A stretch of 64,000 bases of DNA, taken from Rebecca billardiae RCC1528. Taxonomy: Eukaryota; Protista; Haptophyta. A program made the translations under genes and the position numbers. How positions within the stretch are numbered: the stretch's first letter is position 1; every line of letters begins with the position of its first letter. The stretch spans positions 2,356,001 through 2,420,000 of the forward strand of contig OZ251229.1 of assembly GCA_965240325.2 (NCBI GenBank). Direction: 5' to 3'. Positions 47,887-58,106 of the stretch are shown in pieces. The notes under the pieces were generated by a model that saw only the letters and a program-made list of their open reading frames with translations, was not told where the DNA came from and ran no database searches.

Positions 47887-50800
47887 ATGTCCGCGATGGA
47901 GGTGGTGGGCCACTCGCCGACCCTCACGGCGGCGGGGCCCGGCGGGCCCGGCTCGGCCAACAAGGAGAAGTACTCGGGTGCGCGCGCGCTCGAGCTCAAG
48001 CGCATCCAGGAGCGCATCGAGGCGTCCATCCTCGACTTCGAATGGCCCACGGACCGCGTGGACGCGGAGGTGGACTACCCGAGCAGCCTCGTGCAGCTCG
48101 AGTCGGAGCGCGCGTCGATCGAGGCGATGCTGCACCGGTACAAGCAGGTGTGCACGAACCGGATCAACTCGCTGACAAACACGCTCACCAGCCTGCACCA
48201 GGCCGCGCGCGCCAACCCGCTCGAGGACTTTGCCGAGGCGGCGCGCGGCATCGGCGAGGACGATGACGAGGGCACGGCGTTTGGCCCCGGCGTGAGCAGG
48301 AGCGAGCTGCCGCCGGACGACTCGGGGACGCACATGATCAAGTGGGCGCGCGACACGGGCATGCGCCTCGGCACCGCGCACATGCTCGGCGTCAAGGCGC
48401 TGCAGCACGAGCTCGACGCGCTGCGCGCGCTCGCGGAGGGCACGCACGCGCGGCAGCAGGTCGCCTCGCAGCAGCAGGAGGAGCAGGCGGAGCAGATCGA
48501 GGACCTCGAGGCGCAGCGCGAGGCGCTGCGGCGCGAGCGCGACGTGCTCGCCACGCAGAAGCGCTCCCTCGAGGAGCAGCTCGCCGAGCGCGACGGCGAC
48601 CTCGCCCAGCTGCGCGAGCAGTCGGTCGCCGAGCTCGCGCTCGAGAAGGCCGAGCGCGAGCGGCTGTTCCATGAGCTCGCGCTGAGCGAGGACGCGCTGC
48701 TCTCGGCGCGGGCGGAGGCGAAGGCGAGCAAGGAGCTCGCGCGGATCGCCGACGAGCGCGCCGCGAACATCTCGCAGTGGGCGCCCGTCGCGGTCGACGT
48801 GCTCCGCCGCGCGCTCGGCGACGCGGACGGCGAGCAGAGCGCGGCCGCGGACGCGATCCTCGTGTGGCAGAGCCACGCGCGGACGGGCGAGTCGACGCTG
48901 GCGGTGGAGCGCGGCGAGCTGGCGTCGCGCGAGCGGGAGTACGTCTCGCGCATCGCCGAGCTCGAGGACGAGCTCGAGCAGGCCGTCGCGCGCAGCGCCG
49001 AGCGCGGCGCCGCGGCCGAGCGCCGGCGCGCCGCGGCCGAGGCGCGCAGCATCGGCCGCACGCTCGCCGAGCTCGAGGAGTATGAGGCGGCGGTGGAGGA
49101 GGCGTGGGGCGGGGCGGGCGCGGAGGGGAGCGGCGGCGCGGGCTCGAGGCAGCGCTCCGCCGCGGCGAAGGCCGCGCGCGCGCGCTACCTCGCCCTGCGC
49201 GGCCTGCCCCCGGAGCCCGACTCCGACGAGGACGAGGGGGCCAAGGGCGCGCACCACCTGCGCCACTGGGTGCGCGAGATCACGCAAAGGCTCTCCGCGG
49301 AGGTGCGCGCGAGCGAGGAGGCGATCGAGGAGATCGCGAGCGCGGCGGGCGAGATCAAGTCGATCCAGCTCGCCGGCGCCATCGCGGAGGACGGGGGCGA
49401 CGCGCCCGCCGCGCACCTCGGCAGCTCGCCGATCCGCTCGCTGCGCGGCGCGCCGTCGTCGACGCTCACGGGCGCCGCGCCGGCCGACAAGGCCGCGCAG
49501 CAGAGGATCGGGCGCCGGAGCATCCACGCGGGCGCGGCGGCGGCGGAGGCGGCGGAGAGGGCGAGCGCCGGGTTCCAGAGCGTCTTCGGCGGCGCGTGCG
49601 CCGACGCCGCCGCGGACGCCGCCGCCCCCGCGCGCACGCAGCAGCAGCGCGCGCGCGCCACGTCCGCGCCCGAGCGCGGCGCGGGCGCGTCGCGGCCCGA
49701 GCTCGACGCGCCGATCCACACGATGGAGACGCGCATCGAGGAGCTCTCCGAGCGGCACCGCTCGCTGCAGGGGATGCTCACGGAGCTCGCCGACCCGCCG
49801 CGCCACGGCGACGGCGCCGAGCTCCCCGACGCCGCGGGGGCCCGCTCGCGCCAGCCGTCGGCCGCCGGGCTCGAGCTCGCGCGCGCGAGGCACGCGGCCG
49901 AGGTCGAGGGCCTGCAGGCGCAGCTGGCGGAGGCGCAGCGCGCGCTCGCGGCGCAGACGGCGGCGGCGCGGCGCGCGTCGGTGGGCGGCGAGGAGGACGC
50001 CGCGGACAGCGCGGCGGCCGGCCGGCTGCAGTCCCTGTACGACGAGCTGCGCCGCTCGGCGGACGTGCGCGCCGCGCTCACGCGCAAGCGCGTGAACGTG
50101 CTGCGCGACTGGGCGCGCCGCCAGCGCGTCGACTACGCCGAGCCCACCGCGGCGGCGGACGCGGGCGGTGGCGCGCCGGCGGGCGCGTCGGCGGACGCGG
50201 CCGACCCGCCATCGCCGGGCCCGGCCGAGCCCGGCCTCGCCAAGCGCCGCGCCACGTTGCACGGCGGCGCCGGCGGCGGCGCCGGGCGCGCCGGCGCGCA
50301 CGCCGAGCGCTCGCGCGCCGACGGCCAAGGCGGCGAGGCGGAGGCGCCGGCGGCGGAGGACGAGGCGGGTGTGCCCAGCCCGCGCTCGGGCCGCGCCAAG
50401 CCCCTGCGCCAAACCCTCGGCCCGGGCGGGCTGGCGCCTCCCGGCGCGCGCTCGCTGCAGGTGCCCGCGGTGCTCGAGGTCGCCGCGCGGCAGTCGCAGT
50501 CGCACGCGGCCGCGGCCGCGGCCGCGGCCGAGGGCGGCGCGGACGGCGCGGACGGCGACGCGCTGGCCTCCGCGCGCTCCGAAGGCTCGGTGGGCTCGGG
50601 CGCGTCGATGCCGCCAACGCCGCGCGGCGCGCCGCCCGGCGCGACCGTCGACTACCTGATGGACATGCTCTCGGAGGAGGTCGAGTCGGCGCTCGGCTCG
50701 TACCAGCGCGCGCTCGCGAGCATGGCGGACGACGTGCGCCGGCTGACGGCGCAGCTGCACGCGCACCTGGCCGCGGCGCAGCGCGCGGGCAGGCTGCCCG

Positions 50801-52398
50801 CGTCGCTCAAGCTGCCGCTCGGCTCGGCGGCGGAGGGCGACGACCTGGTCGCCGCGCTGCTCCGCGGCGAGCTCAGCGGCGCGCAGGCCCTCGCCGCCGG
50901 ATCGGCGCGCGTCTCGGAGCTCGAGATGGCGGTCGTCACGTTTGTGGAGGCGAGCGCGGCCGGCGGCGCGGCGGCGCTCGAGAAGATGGCGGCGGCGGCG
51001 GCGGCGGCGGCGGCGGGCGGGGAGGACCCGGGCGCGGAGCTGCTCGCGTCGCACGTGCGCGAGACCGCCGCGTGGCGCGAGCGCGAGCGCGTCGCGCGCG
51101 AGCACTCGGGCGAGGCGTCGCGCGCGCTGCACGAGCTGCGACAGACGCGCGCCAAGTACGGCGCTGACGACCGCGTGGGCAAGGCGCTCGCGCGGATGGA
51201 GGCGCACCACGCGGCGACGCTGCGGCGGTGGGAGCGGCGGCGCGAGGGGCTGCTGCTCGAGCGCCGGCTGCACCTCGAGGCGTGCCTCGAGGCCTTCGTC
51301 ACCATCGCCTACTCGGGCACGGCCTTCGGCCGCATGGGCAGCCGCCTCGCGCCCGCCGGCCCGCGCGCGCCCGCGGCCGGCGCGGACGCGCGCGGCGCGA
51401 CGCCGCGCACGCCGCCCCGGCCGCGGCCGGCGCGCACGCCGAGCCCGACGCGCGACGGCGACGAGCAGCTGCCGGCCGAGCTCAACTTCCACCTCGGGCC
51501 GAGGCGGCCGCAGTCCGCCGGCGACGCGCGCGCGCGGCGCGCCCACGCCGAGCCGGCCGCCGCGCCCGCCGAGGCGCCCGCGGCGGATGAGCCGGCCGCC
51601 GTGCGCGCGGTCGTCGTGAGCACGCCGGCGCCGCCGCCGCCGGGGCAGCCGCGCGAGCGGCTGTCGGTCACGCGCGGCACGCGCGTGCGCACCGGGCTGC
51701 CGCCCGGCTCGCCCGGCGCGCCGCGCGCGAGCTCGCCGCCGTCGCGCGTGCCGCCGCCCGAGGGCGCGGCCGCGCAGCTCGCGGTCGGCGGCGGCTGCGC
51801 GCGCACGTCCGAGCCGAGCGCGCCGCCGGCGCCCCTCTCCACCATCGAGCTGATCGACCTGGGGCTGGCCGAGGCGGGCGGGCTCGAGGGCGCCGGCGCG
51901 CGCGCCTCGGCCCTGCTCGCGCGGGGCAACCGCGGCCGGGCGTGGCAGGTGTACGCGGGGCCCGCGGGCACGCGGCCGCGCTCGGCGCACGCCGCCGGCG
52001 CGTCGCTGCCGCGCGCGCACAGCCTCGCGCCAGACGGGCCTCGCACGCCGGGCCGCTCGGCGCGCGCGCCGGGCGCGCCGACGGTGGCGGGCGGCGGCGT
52101 GCCCGCGCAGCAGCCGCTGCTCCCGCCCTCGCCGAGCTCGCAGCGCGGCCTGAGCGGCCAGGCGCACCGGCCGCGCTCGGCCGGCCTCACCGGCCGCTCG
52201 CCCGCCAACCCCCGCGCGCGCGGCGCCGCCAACTCGCTCGCCCTCGCGACCGCAGACCTGCTGCTCAGCGCGCGCTCCGAGTCGCTCCAGGCGGCGCGCG
52301 AGCAGGCGGCGCGGCTCGCGCGCGACGCGCCGACGCCGGCGACGGCCCCGCCGCCCGCTCGCCAGGCGTGGCTCGACATGCAGGCGCGCGACGTGTGA
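47887..52398 (+). CDS. large coiled-coil protein of unknown function
   Basis: ~1500-aa ORF with strong codon bias; E/A/R-rich heptads plus low-complexity regions. Confidence 0.75.
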   Translation: MSAMEVVGHSPTLTAAGPGGPGSANKEKYSGARALELKRIQERIEASILDFEWPTDRVDAEVDYPSSLVQLESERASIEAMLHRYKQVCTNRINSLTNTLTSLHQAARANPLEDFAEAARGIGEDDDEGTAFGPGVSRSELPPDDSGTHMIKWARDTGMRLGTAHMLGVKALQHELDALRALAEGTHARQQVASQQQEEQAEQIEDLEAQREALRRERDVLATQKRSLEEQLAERDGDLAQLREQSVAELALEKAERERLFHELALSEDALLSARAEAKASKELARIADERAANISQWAPVAVDVLRRALGDADGEQSAAADAILVWQSHARTGESTLAVERGELASREREYVSRIAELEDELEQAVARSAERGAAAERRRAAAEARSIGRTLAELEEYEAAVEEAWGGAGAEGSGGAGSRQRSAAAKAARARYLALRGLPPEPDSDEDEGAKGAHHLRHWVREITQRLSAEVRASEEAIEEIASAAGEIKSIQLAGAIAEDGGDAPAAHLGSSPIRSLRGAPSSTLTGAAPADKAAQQRIGRRSIHAGAAAAEAAERASAGFQSVFGGACADAAADAAAPARTQQQRARATSAPERGAGASRPELDAPIHTMETRIEELSERHRSLQGMLTELADPPRHGDGAELPDAAGARSRQPSAAGLELARARHAAEVEGLQAQLAEAQRALAAQTAAARRASVGGEEDAADSAAAGRLQSLYDELRRSADVRAALTRKRVNVLRDWARRQRVDYAEPTAAADAGGGAPAGASADAADPPSPGPAEPGLAKRRATLHGGAGGGAGRAGAHAERSRADGQGGEAEAPAAEDEAGVPSPRSGRAKPLRQTLGPGGLAPPGARSLQVPAVLEVAARQSQSHAAAAAAAAEGGADGADGDALASARSEGSVGSGASMPPTPRGAPPGATVDYLMDMLSEEVESALGSYQRALASMADDVRRLTAQLHAHLAAAQRAGRLPASLKLPLGSAAEGDDLVAALLRGELSGAQALAAGSARVSELEMAVVTFVEASAAGGAAALEKMAAAAAAAAAGGEDPGAELLASHVRETAAWRERERVAREHSGEASRALHELRQTRAKYGADDRVGKALARMEAHHAATLRRWERRREGLLLERRLHLEACLEAFVTIAYSGTAFGRMGSRLAPAGPRAPAAGADARGATPRTPPRPRPARTPSPTRDGDEQLPAELNFHLGPRRPQSAGDARARRAHAEPAAAPAEAPAADEPAAVRAVVVSTPAPPPPGQPRERLSVTRGTRVRTGLPPGSPGAPRASSPPSRVPPPEGAAAQLAVGGGCARTSEPSAPPAPLSTIELIDLGLAEAGGLEGAGARASALLARGNRGRAWQVYAGPAGTRPRSAHAAGASLPRAHSLAPDGPRTPGRSARAPGAPTVAGGGVPAQQPLLPPSPSSQRGLSGQAHRPRSAGLTGRSPANPRARGAANSLALATADLLLSARSESLQAAREQAARLARDAPTPATAPPPARQAWLDMQARDV

Positions 52399-52883
52399 GT
52401 GTCATACTACAGTACTGCTGCTCAAGAATCTGGCGCGCTGCTCGCGCCTCGCGCCAGTGACCGTGTCCGTGACGCCAGCGCAGCGCCCAGCGCCTGGCCG
52501 CCTGCCCGTCGAGACTGTCGTGAGGCTACCGTTGAGCCCCGAGGCTGTGCTCGTATATTGTTGGGATGATGCTAGGATACTGCTCTCGACTCTGTTCAGG
52601 CTGGTGTCGAGAGAGTCTCACTATCTCGTCTCAGAGGCCTCCCCGCGCTTGTCTCGCGCTCGCAAGGCGCTCGGTCACTCACAGTCCGACACTTGATGAC
52701 TACAGTTTACTATGTTTTAACGTGCACACTTGGTTAAGGCGTGATTACTGATTACTGTATGGTAATGAGTCATCGTAGTCATCAACGACTTGTCGGGTAG
52801 CGAAACCTGGCGAAACGACCTGGGTTCGCTCCGGACGCTTTCCGCCGCCGCGTTCGCCCTCCCGCCGCCGCTCGCGTCGTGCC

Positions 52884-53702
52884 ATGTCTTGCCGAGCGCT
52901 TCTCGCGTGCTGTGTGGTTCTCGCCGCGTGCGCGCCTGGCGTGGGTGCGTTCGCGCGGCCGACGACCCTGCAGGCGAAGCACTCGCCGCCGCTCGCTCGG
53001 GTCGCGGCGCTCCAGCGCGCAGGCTCCCTGCGCGGGGGCAGCGCTGCTGTGCTCGCCGACCACACTGCCAAGGCGGCGGCACTTTTTGGCAACATGCGCG
53101 TCCCGGCTGCCCTCTTCGTGGGCGCGGTGCTGCCGCTGAGCTTTGGATTCCCGATGCCACTCACGAACTCGACGCGCGTGAATGTCGCCGCCCGCCGCGC
53201 CAACATTGTGCTCGGCGTGTCCGCGCTGATGAGCGAGCTCGTGGCTCTCACCTACTCGACGGTGGCGCTGAACAAGCTGACCGAGGTGGCGCATGCGCCG
53301 GCCGCGAGCGTGATGGCCCTCCTGCATCGTGACTATGAGCGCCAGTGGCTCGGGTGCAACGTCTTCTTCCTCCTCGGGCTGTTTGGCATCGCCACCATGG
53401 TCGGGATGCGCGGCGCGCTCGCGCTCGGCGTCAAGTTTGGCGCGCTGCCGGCGTGCGTGTGCGCGTCCGCGATCATGCTCATGACCTCCATCGTTAACGA
53501 CGGCGTCCGCCAAGGCGACGGCACCGCCGACGGCGTCCGCTTCGGTGCCAGCATGCTCAGCCTGATCTTCCGCTACGGCCGCCTCCTGTGCGCGCACGCG
53601 TGGCACAGCGGCGGTCCGCTCGCCATCGCGTCGATCGTGAGCGCGTTCGCTGCCGGCGCGCTGATGGTCACATGGGTCGTCAAGCGGGAGCCCTTCGAGT
53701 GA
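52884..53702 (+). CDS. multi-pass membrane protein with signal peptide, unknown function
   Basis: Signal peptide, LRGG motif, several hydrophobic helices. Confidence 0.7.
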   Translation: MSCRALLACCVVLAACAPGVGAFARPTTLQAKHSPPLARVAALQRAGSLRGGSAAVLADHTAKAAALFGNMRVPAALFVGAVLPLSFGFPMPLTNSTRVNVAARRANIVLGVSALMSELVALTYSTVALNKLTEVAHAPAASVMALLHRDYERQWLGCNVFFLLGLFGIATMVGMRGALALGVKFGALPACVCASAIMLMTSIVNDGVRQGDGTADGVRFGASMLSLIFRYGRLLCAHAWHSGGPLAIASIVSAFAAGALMVTWVVKREPFE

Positions 53703-54424
53703 CGAGGGCTGCGCGGCGTCCGCTCATCCCAAGACGGCACCCACTTCGCCGAGTGCACCAACGGTACCGCCACCGCGACGATGTCCACGTCCGGGGGCCG
53801 GCTCCGGTCGAGTCCTCGTCGGATACTTTGCGGCGCTGTCTTCGACTTCAGAGTTCAGTCGTGACAGACGTGACTCGCCTGTCGTCCCGATGGCGCCCGA
53901 TGATGACATTGACCGACGATGATAATCTCGCGTCGCGTATATTACTATATATATAACGACGGCATCGCAATAATCATTCTTAGACCTTATTCGTCCGACG
54001 CGAATGATCCGCCGGACGCCCGGACGCCGGACCGGGCACGGGGCAGCGCTCTATGAATCATCAGCCACTCAGTCGTCGAGGCCGGACATGACGACCGCGC
54101 GGAGACCTAACGGCACCTGCTGGCACAGCACAAGATATATATAAATATAAGACACTGTTACTTTACTACACGAACCTTCTACAGGACGAGCAGTACTATT
54201 ATGCCGCAGTACTCTGCTGCTGAGCAGCCCTTATATCAGGCGGCTCTCCGCTCTGGCTTCGCGGTTGACCCCTGCCAGAGACGGGCACTGTGTCTAGTGT
54301 GAGCTCCTTGACCTTCATGATTCATGAAGTCACTCGTGAAAACTGCATTCAGGAGGACCTCAATGGATGCCTAGATGATGACTTCAGAGCGATATTCAGG
54401 GCCAACAAGCACTTCCTAGCTATA

Positions 54425-54598
54425 GTTCAGACTCTATTTTACTATGTATTTACCCATTTCAGACTCTGGTCAGACTCAGAACATCACCGCTGAGAGTGAG
54501 AACACGGTCCCGGGTCCGGGAGCGATCCGGATGCATACGTAGCTATTGGGAATACGTCATCGGATTGGGTAAATGGCTATGAAAAATAGAGTCTGAAC
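54425..54598. mobile_element. small MITE (TA target-site duplication)
   Basis: TIR GTTCAGACTCTATTTT extends imperfectly to ..ATTTACCCA; TA on both sides. Confidence 0.8.
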
Positions 54599-54968
54599 TA
54601 GCGCAGTCACAAACTGATTATTTTTTATATATATTTCACACCCTGGGCACTTAATTATGTCTTATAATAATATTGGCCATCCATAGCCGAACCCCACTTG
54701 GGCGCGGCCCTGTCGGGTCACCGTGGGACCGACTTCGGGCGCTCATTCCGCCGCCGCAGGAAAATAGGAATGCGATGACGATCATTTTCGGTATATATAC
54801 GCCCGGTTTCTATGACCGGTCACCGGACTGGCAGGGGTCAACCGGAGCCAGAGCCAGGCGTCACCAAGCACAGGCAGCAGGCCGCAGCAGCAGTATTAGC
54901 CCTTGCGCGATGCGCGGGCCGCCGATGCGGCCGCCTAGCCACTGAGCCAGTGGTGAGTTCAGTCACCA

Positions 54969-56048
54969 TCAGTGGGGTTTGAGGTCGGGTGGATGTGAAT
55001 ACAGCCTGCTGCTCAGACTGCTGATGAAAGCCGCGCGACAGCGCATGACGATCGCAGCAGTGAGCATCGCGGCGGCAACGCCGACCCCAGCGAGTCCGAG
55101 CTCACGACCGAGCCACGAGACACCACTGGCTGCGAAGTGCACGCTCTGCCGAGCGCCTGAGCCCCGCCGCAGGAGGGGCGTAGCGCCAGCCGGAGCCTCA
55201 GGCTCAGCCGCGTCTAACGCGGGACCGTGCTCGGCCTTGGACTTGGGCTCGGGCATGCTGAGCTCGTTGGGGCAGGGCGGCACACCCTGCAGCAGGAAGG
55301 AGCACAGGGCCTGGGCGACGCCCGCTGGGTCGGTGAGCTGCGGCACGTGGCCCGTGCCAAGAGAGATGACGGGCATCCCGGGCACGTATGTCTGCATCAG
55401 CCGCTGCGCCGGCAGGACCAGCATGCGGTCGGCGCGCGCCTCCACGTACAGCTTCTTGATGCTCGGACGGCCGAACCGCTCCGCCGTCGTGTGCGACGTG
55501 ATGAAGAAGCCACTGACTGGCTGGGGCGTGAGCTTGGCGGCCGCGGCCTCGGCCTCTTTCGTCGGGACGTCGCTGAAGACGTATCTGATTGCCTGAGCCG
55601 GCGGCATCGTCAGCGTGAGCCCATCGGCTGCCCGCTCGATGTGCGGTGCGGGGCCGGCCTCGTGGCCCTCCTCCACGAGCTGCTTGAGCACCTGCCCAAA
55701 TTGCCGGCCCTCGGGCAGGCACATGCCCGCGAGGTAGATGACGGCACAAACCTGCTCTGGGTACTCCTCTGCAAAGGCCGTCGCCACGAAACCACCGAGG
55801 GAGTGCCCGACCACGGCGACGCGCCCGCCCAGCTCGTCGGCGTGCGCGCGCACGCAGTCCACGTATGTCTCAAGGGTCGCGCGCCGCGCGCTGCGGCCGT
55901 CGACACCATTACCGGGCAGGTCGATCGCGCGCGCGACGAGGCCAGCGTCGTTGAGTCGCGGGAGCAAAGCGTCATACGCCCACGCGCCCATCCACGCGCC
56001 GTGGATGAGGATCACCGGCGGTGGCGACGTCGAGCTCGGGGTCGCCAT
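54969..56048 (-). CDS. alpha/beta hydrolase (methylesterase/SABP2-like) with C-terminal hydrophobic segment
   Basis: LIHGAWMGAWAY, IDLPGNG, VVGHSLGG, ADRML, TGHVPQL. Confidence 0.88.
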   Translation of the reverse strand: MATPSSTSPPPVILIHGAWMGAWAYDALLPRLNDAGLVARAIDLPGNGVDGRSARRATLETYVDCVRAHADELGGRVAVVGHSLGGFVATAFAEEYPEQVCAVIYLAGMCLPEGRQFGQVLKQLVEEGHEAGPAPHIERAADGLTLTMPPAQAIRYVFSDVPTKEAEAAAAKLTPQPVSGFFITSHTTAERFGRPSIKKLYVEARADRMLVLPAQRLMQTYVPGMPVISLGTGHVPQLTDPAGVAQALCSFLLQGVPPCPNELSMPEPKSKAEHGPALDAAEPEAPAGATPLLRRGSGARQSVHFAASGVSWLGRELGLAGVGVAAAMLTAAIVMRCRAAFISSLSSRLYSHPPDLKPH

Positions 56049-56349
56049 CGGTGTTGAGTGAGCGCGGGGCGGCCGCTTGAGAGCTGCAATGGCCCTCGAC
56101 CTGGAATCCTGAGAGACTGACTCCACTAAGTCAACTGCTGCTGTACGTCGTAACGTCGTATTATTGTCGTAGTGTATATATATATATATACACTACGTTA
56201 TTACCATAATGATTAATTCAAGCCGTGTAACGGCCGGCAGACAATGAATGAATAAGAATTGTGCAAGCAAGGATTTTAAAGTCTCCTTGGTGCAACTGTG
56301 CATGCAAGGGCCGTGAATTGTGACCCCGTGCCCATCAGCGCGCAGCAAC

Positions 56350-57946
56350 ATGCTGAGGAACGCCCTGGTGGCCAGCGTGCTCACGGCGGCGGCCGGGGCA
56401 GCTCACGCCGGCATCGTCAACGTCGCGCACGACAATGTGAGCATGACATGTGCTGCCGCGCTCTCCGCCCCCACGACGTGCTCCTTTTCGCCCGGTCCGG
56501 AGCACTCTGTGCAGCAGCCGGATGACCTCGCACGGCCGAGGGCGGCGCTGGCTCCCAGTGCGAAGCAGCTCTCGACGTCTCCGAATATCTGGCTCACCAC
56601 CGGCTTCCTCTCCGCGGCCGAGGTCGCGCGTGTGCGCGAGCGCGTGCCCAAGGACGAGGCCTCGTACATGCCGTGCATCGGGCAGACACACGAGTTTGAC
56701 TCGAAGAAGTGCACGTTCGTCCGCGTCGAGGGCGATGGTGTGCTTGAAGGCATGGTCGAGCGCCTCGGGCGCGCATGGGGTGCCGACGTCTCGCGCCTCA
56801 TCGACGGTGGCCTGCCGATCATCCGCTATCTCCCGGGCGCGCCGCCCGTGGGCAAGCATGGCGATGAGGACAGGCATGGTGTCGTGCCTGACGCAACGCT
56901 GGTCGCGTACCTGACTGAGGCCTCGGGCGGCGACGGCTCGGGCGGGAAGACGCTCTTCCCCGAGGCTGGCGTCGCCGTCACGCCCTCCGTCGGCGCGGTC
57001 CTCGCCTTCCAAAACGTGGACGCCGGCGGCGCGCCTCATCCGAACGCCAAGCACCTCGTGAGCGCAGTCCCAGCGGACGCCGCAGGCGATCGGCTCGTCG
57101 TGCAGGTGCCGATCGCGCACCCGCCCGGCTCGGACGCGTACGCGTACGCTGAGCACGTCAGCGGCGCCAAGACCTCGCCGTATCCGCCACCATCGCCGCC
57201 GCCGCCAGCGCCGCCGCCGCCGCCGCCGCCGTCCCCACCCCCGTCGCCGCCACCATCCTCCTCCTCGCCGTATCCGCCACCATCGCCGCCGCCACCAGCG
57301 CCGCCACCGCCGCCGCCGCCGTCTCCCCCCCCGTCGCCGCCACCATCCCCCTCGCCGTATCCGCCACCATCGCCGCCCCCATCTTCTCCACCGCCACCGC
57401 CATCGCCGCTGCCGCCGAAAGCGATATGCGGCCCGGTCTGCTTCTTCACGGTGCGTACTGCGTGCGCGGCGGGCCTTGCACGCGCAGTGCTCCAGCCCAT
57501 GCCATCTCTCTTGCGGCACTAGCTTGTTAGCTCGCTGGCGAGCTATGCTAGCGAGCTCGCTAGCAGTTGCGCTTCCGCTGCCATGGCCCATCCCTTGCAT
57601 GACTAGGCGCCGCCAGACGCGCGTTGTGTGCTTCGGGCACCCTGCCCTTTTCACGCTGATGAGCGCACACCATCCGCATGCCACTGGGACTGTCCGTGTC
57701 CCGCTGTGACCTTGCTCGCCCGCGCAGGTGGCTTTTTCGGCTCGCCGGATCTTCAAGGTGTTATTCTTTGATGGCGGCGAGGATGCGTCCGGACACTCGC
57801 GCTTCTTGTTGGTCGGTGACGACGTCGGACCAGTCATGGCCACCGCTGTGCTCGCTGGACTTGCTGTTGTGGTGATTGCCACTTTGGCCGCGACAGCATT
57901 CGTTTGGACTCGCGCTCGCGCTCGGCACCAGCGCAGCCAGTGTTAG
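56350..57946 (+). CDS. prolyl-4-hydroxylase-like 2OG-Fe(II) oxygenase plus extensin-like SPn stalk plus TM anchor (intron 57451-57727)
   Basis: Signal peptide; GFLSAAE, IIRYLPG..KHGD, TLVAYL..GGKTLFP, KHLVSAV..DR; SPYPPPSPPPP repeats; the last exon is hydrophobic. Confidence 0.8.
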
Positions 57947-58106
57947 CGGCCGCGGGTCCATGATGACAGATGAGCGCCCGCCTGGATCGGCGGTGCGACT
58001 TCGGATCCGGGCTGAAGCCGCCTGAAGCGCCATATGATCCCGGAATGGCAATACGATCGCGACGACACGACTCTCAGCGCTCTCTAGTCTCATGCTCCCT
58101 CTCTTA

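Noticed and set aside
47881-52167. 1428-aa antisense ORF and many other long overlapping ORFs (e.g. 8438-11704, 38575-41025)
   Set aside because: These are stop-poor shadow frames expected at very high GC; they are Arg/Ala-rich and have no motifs.
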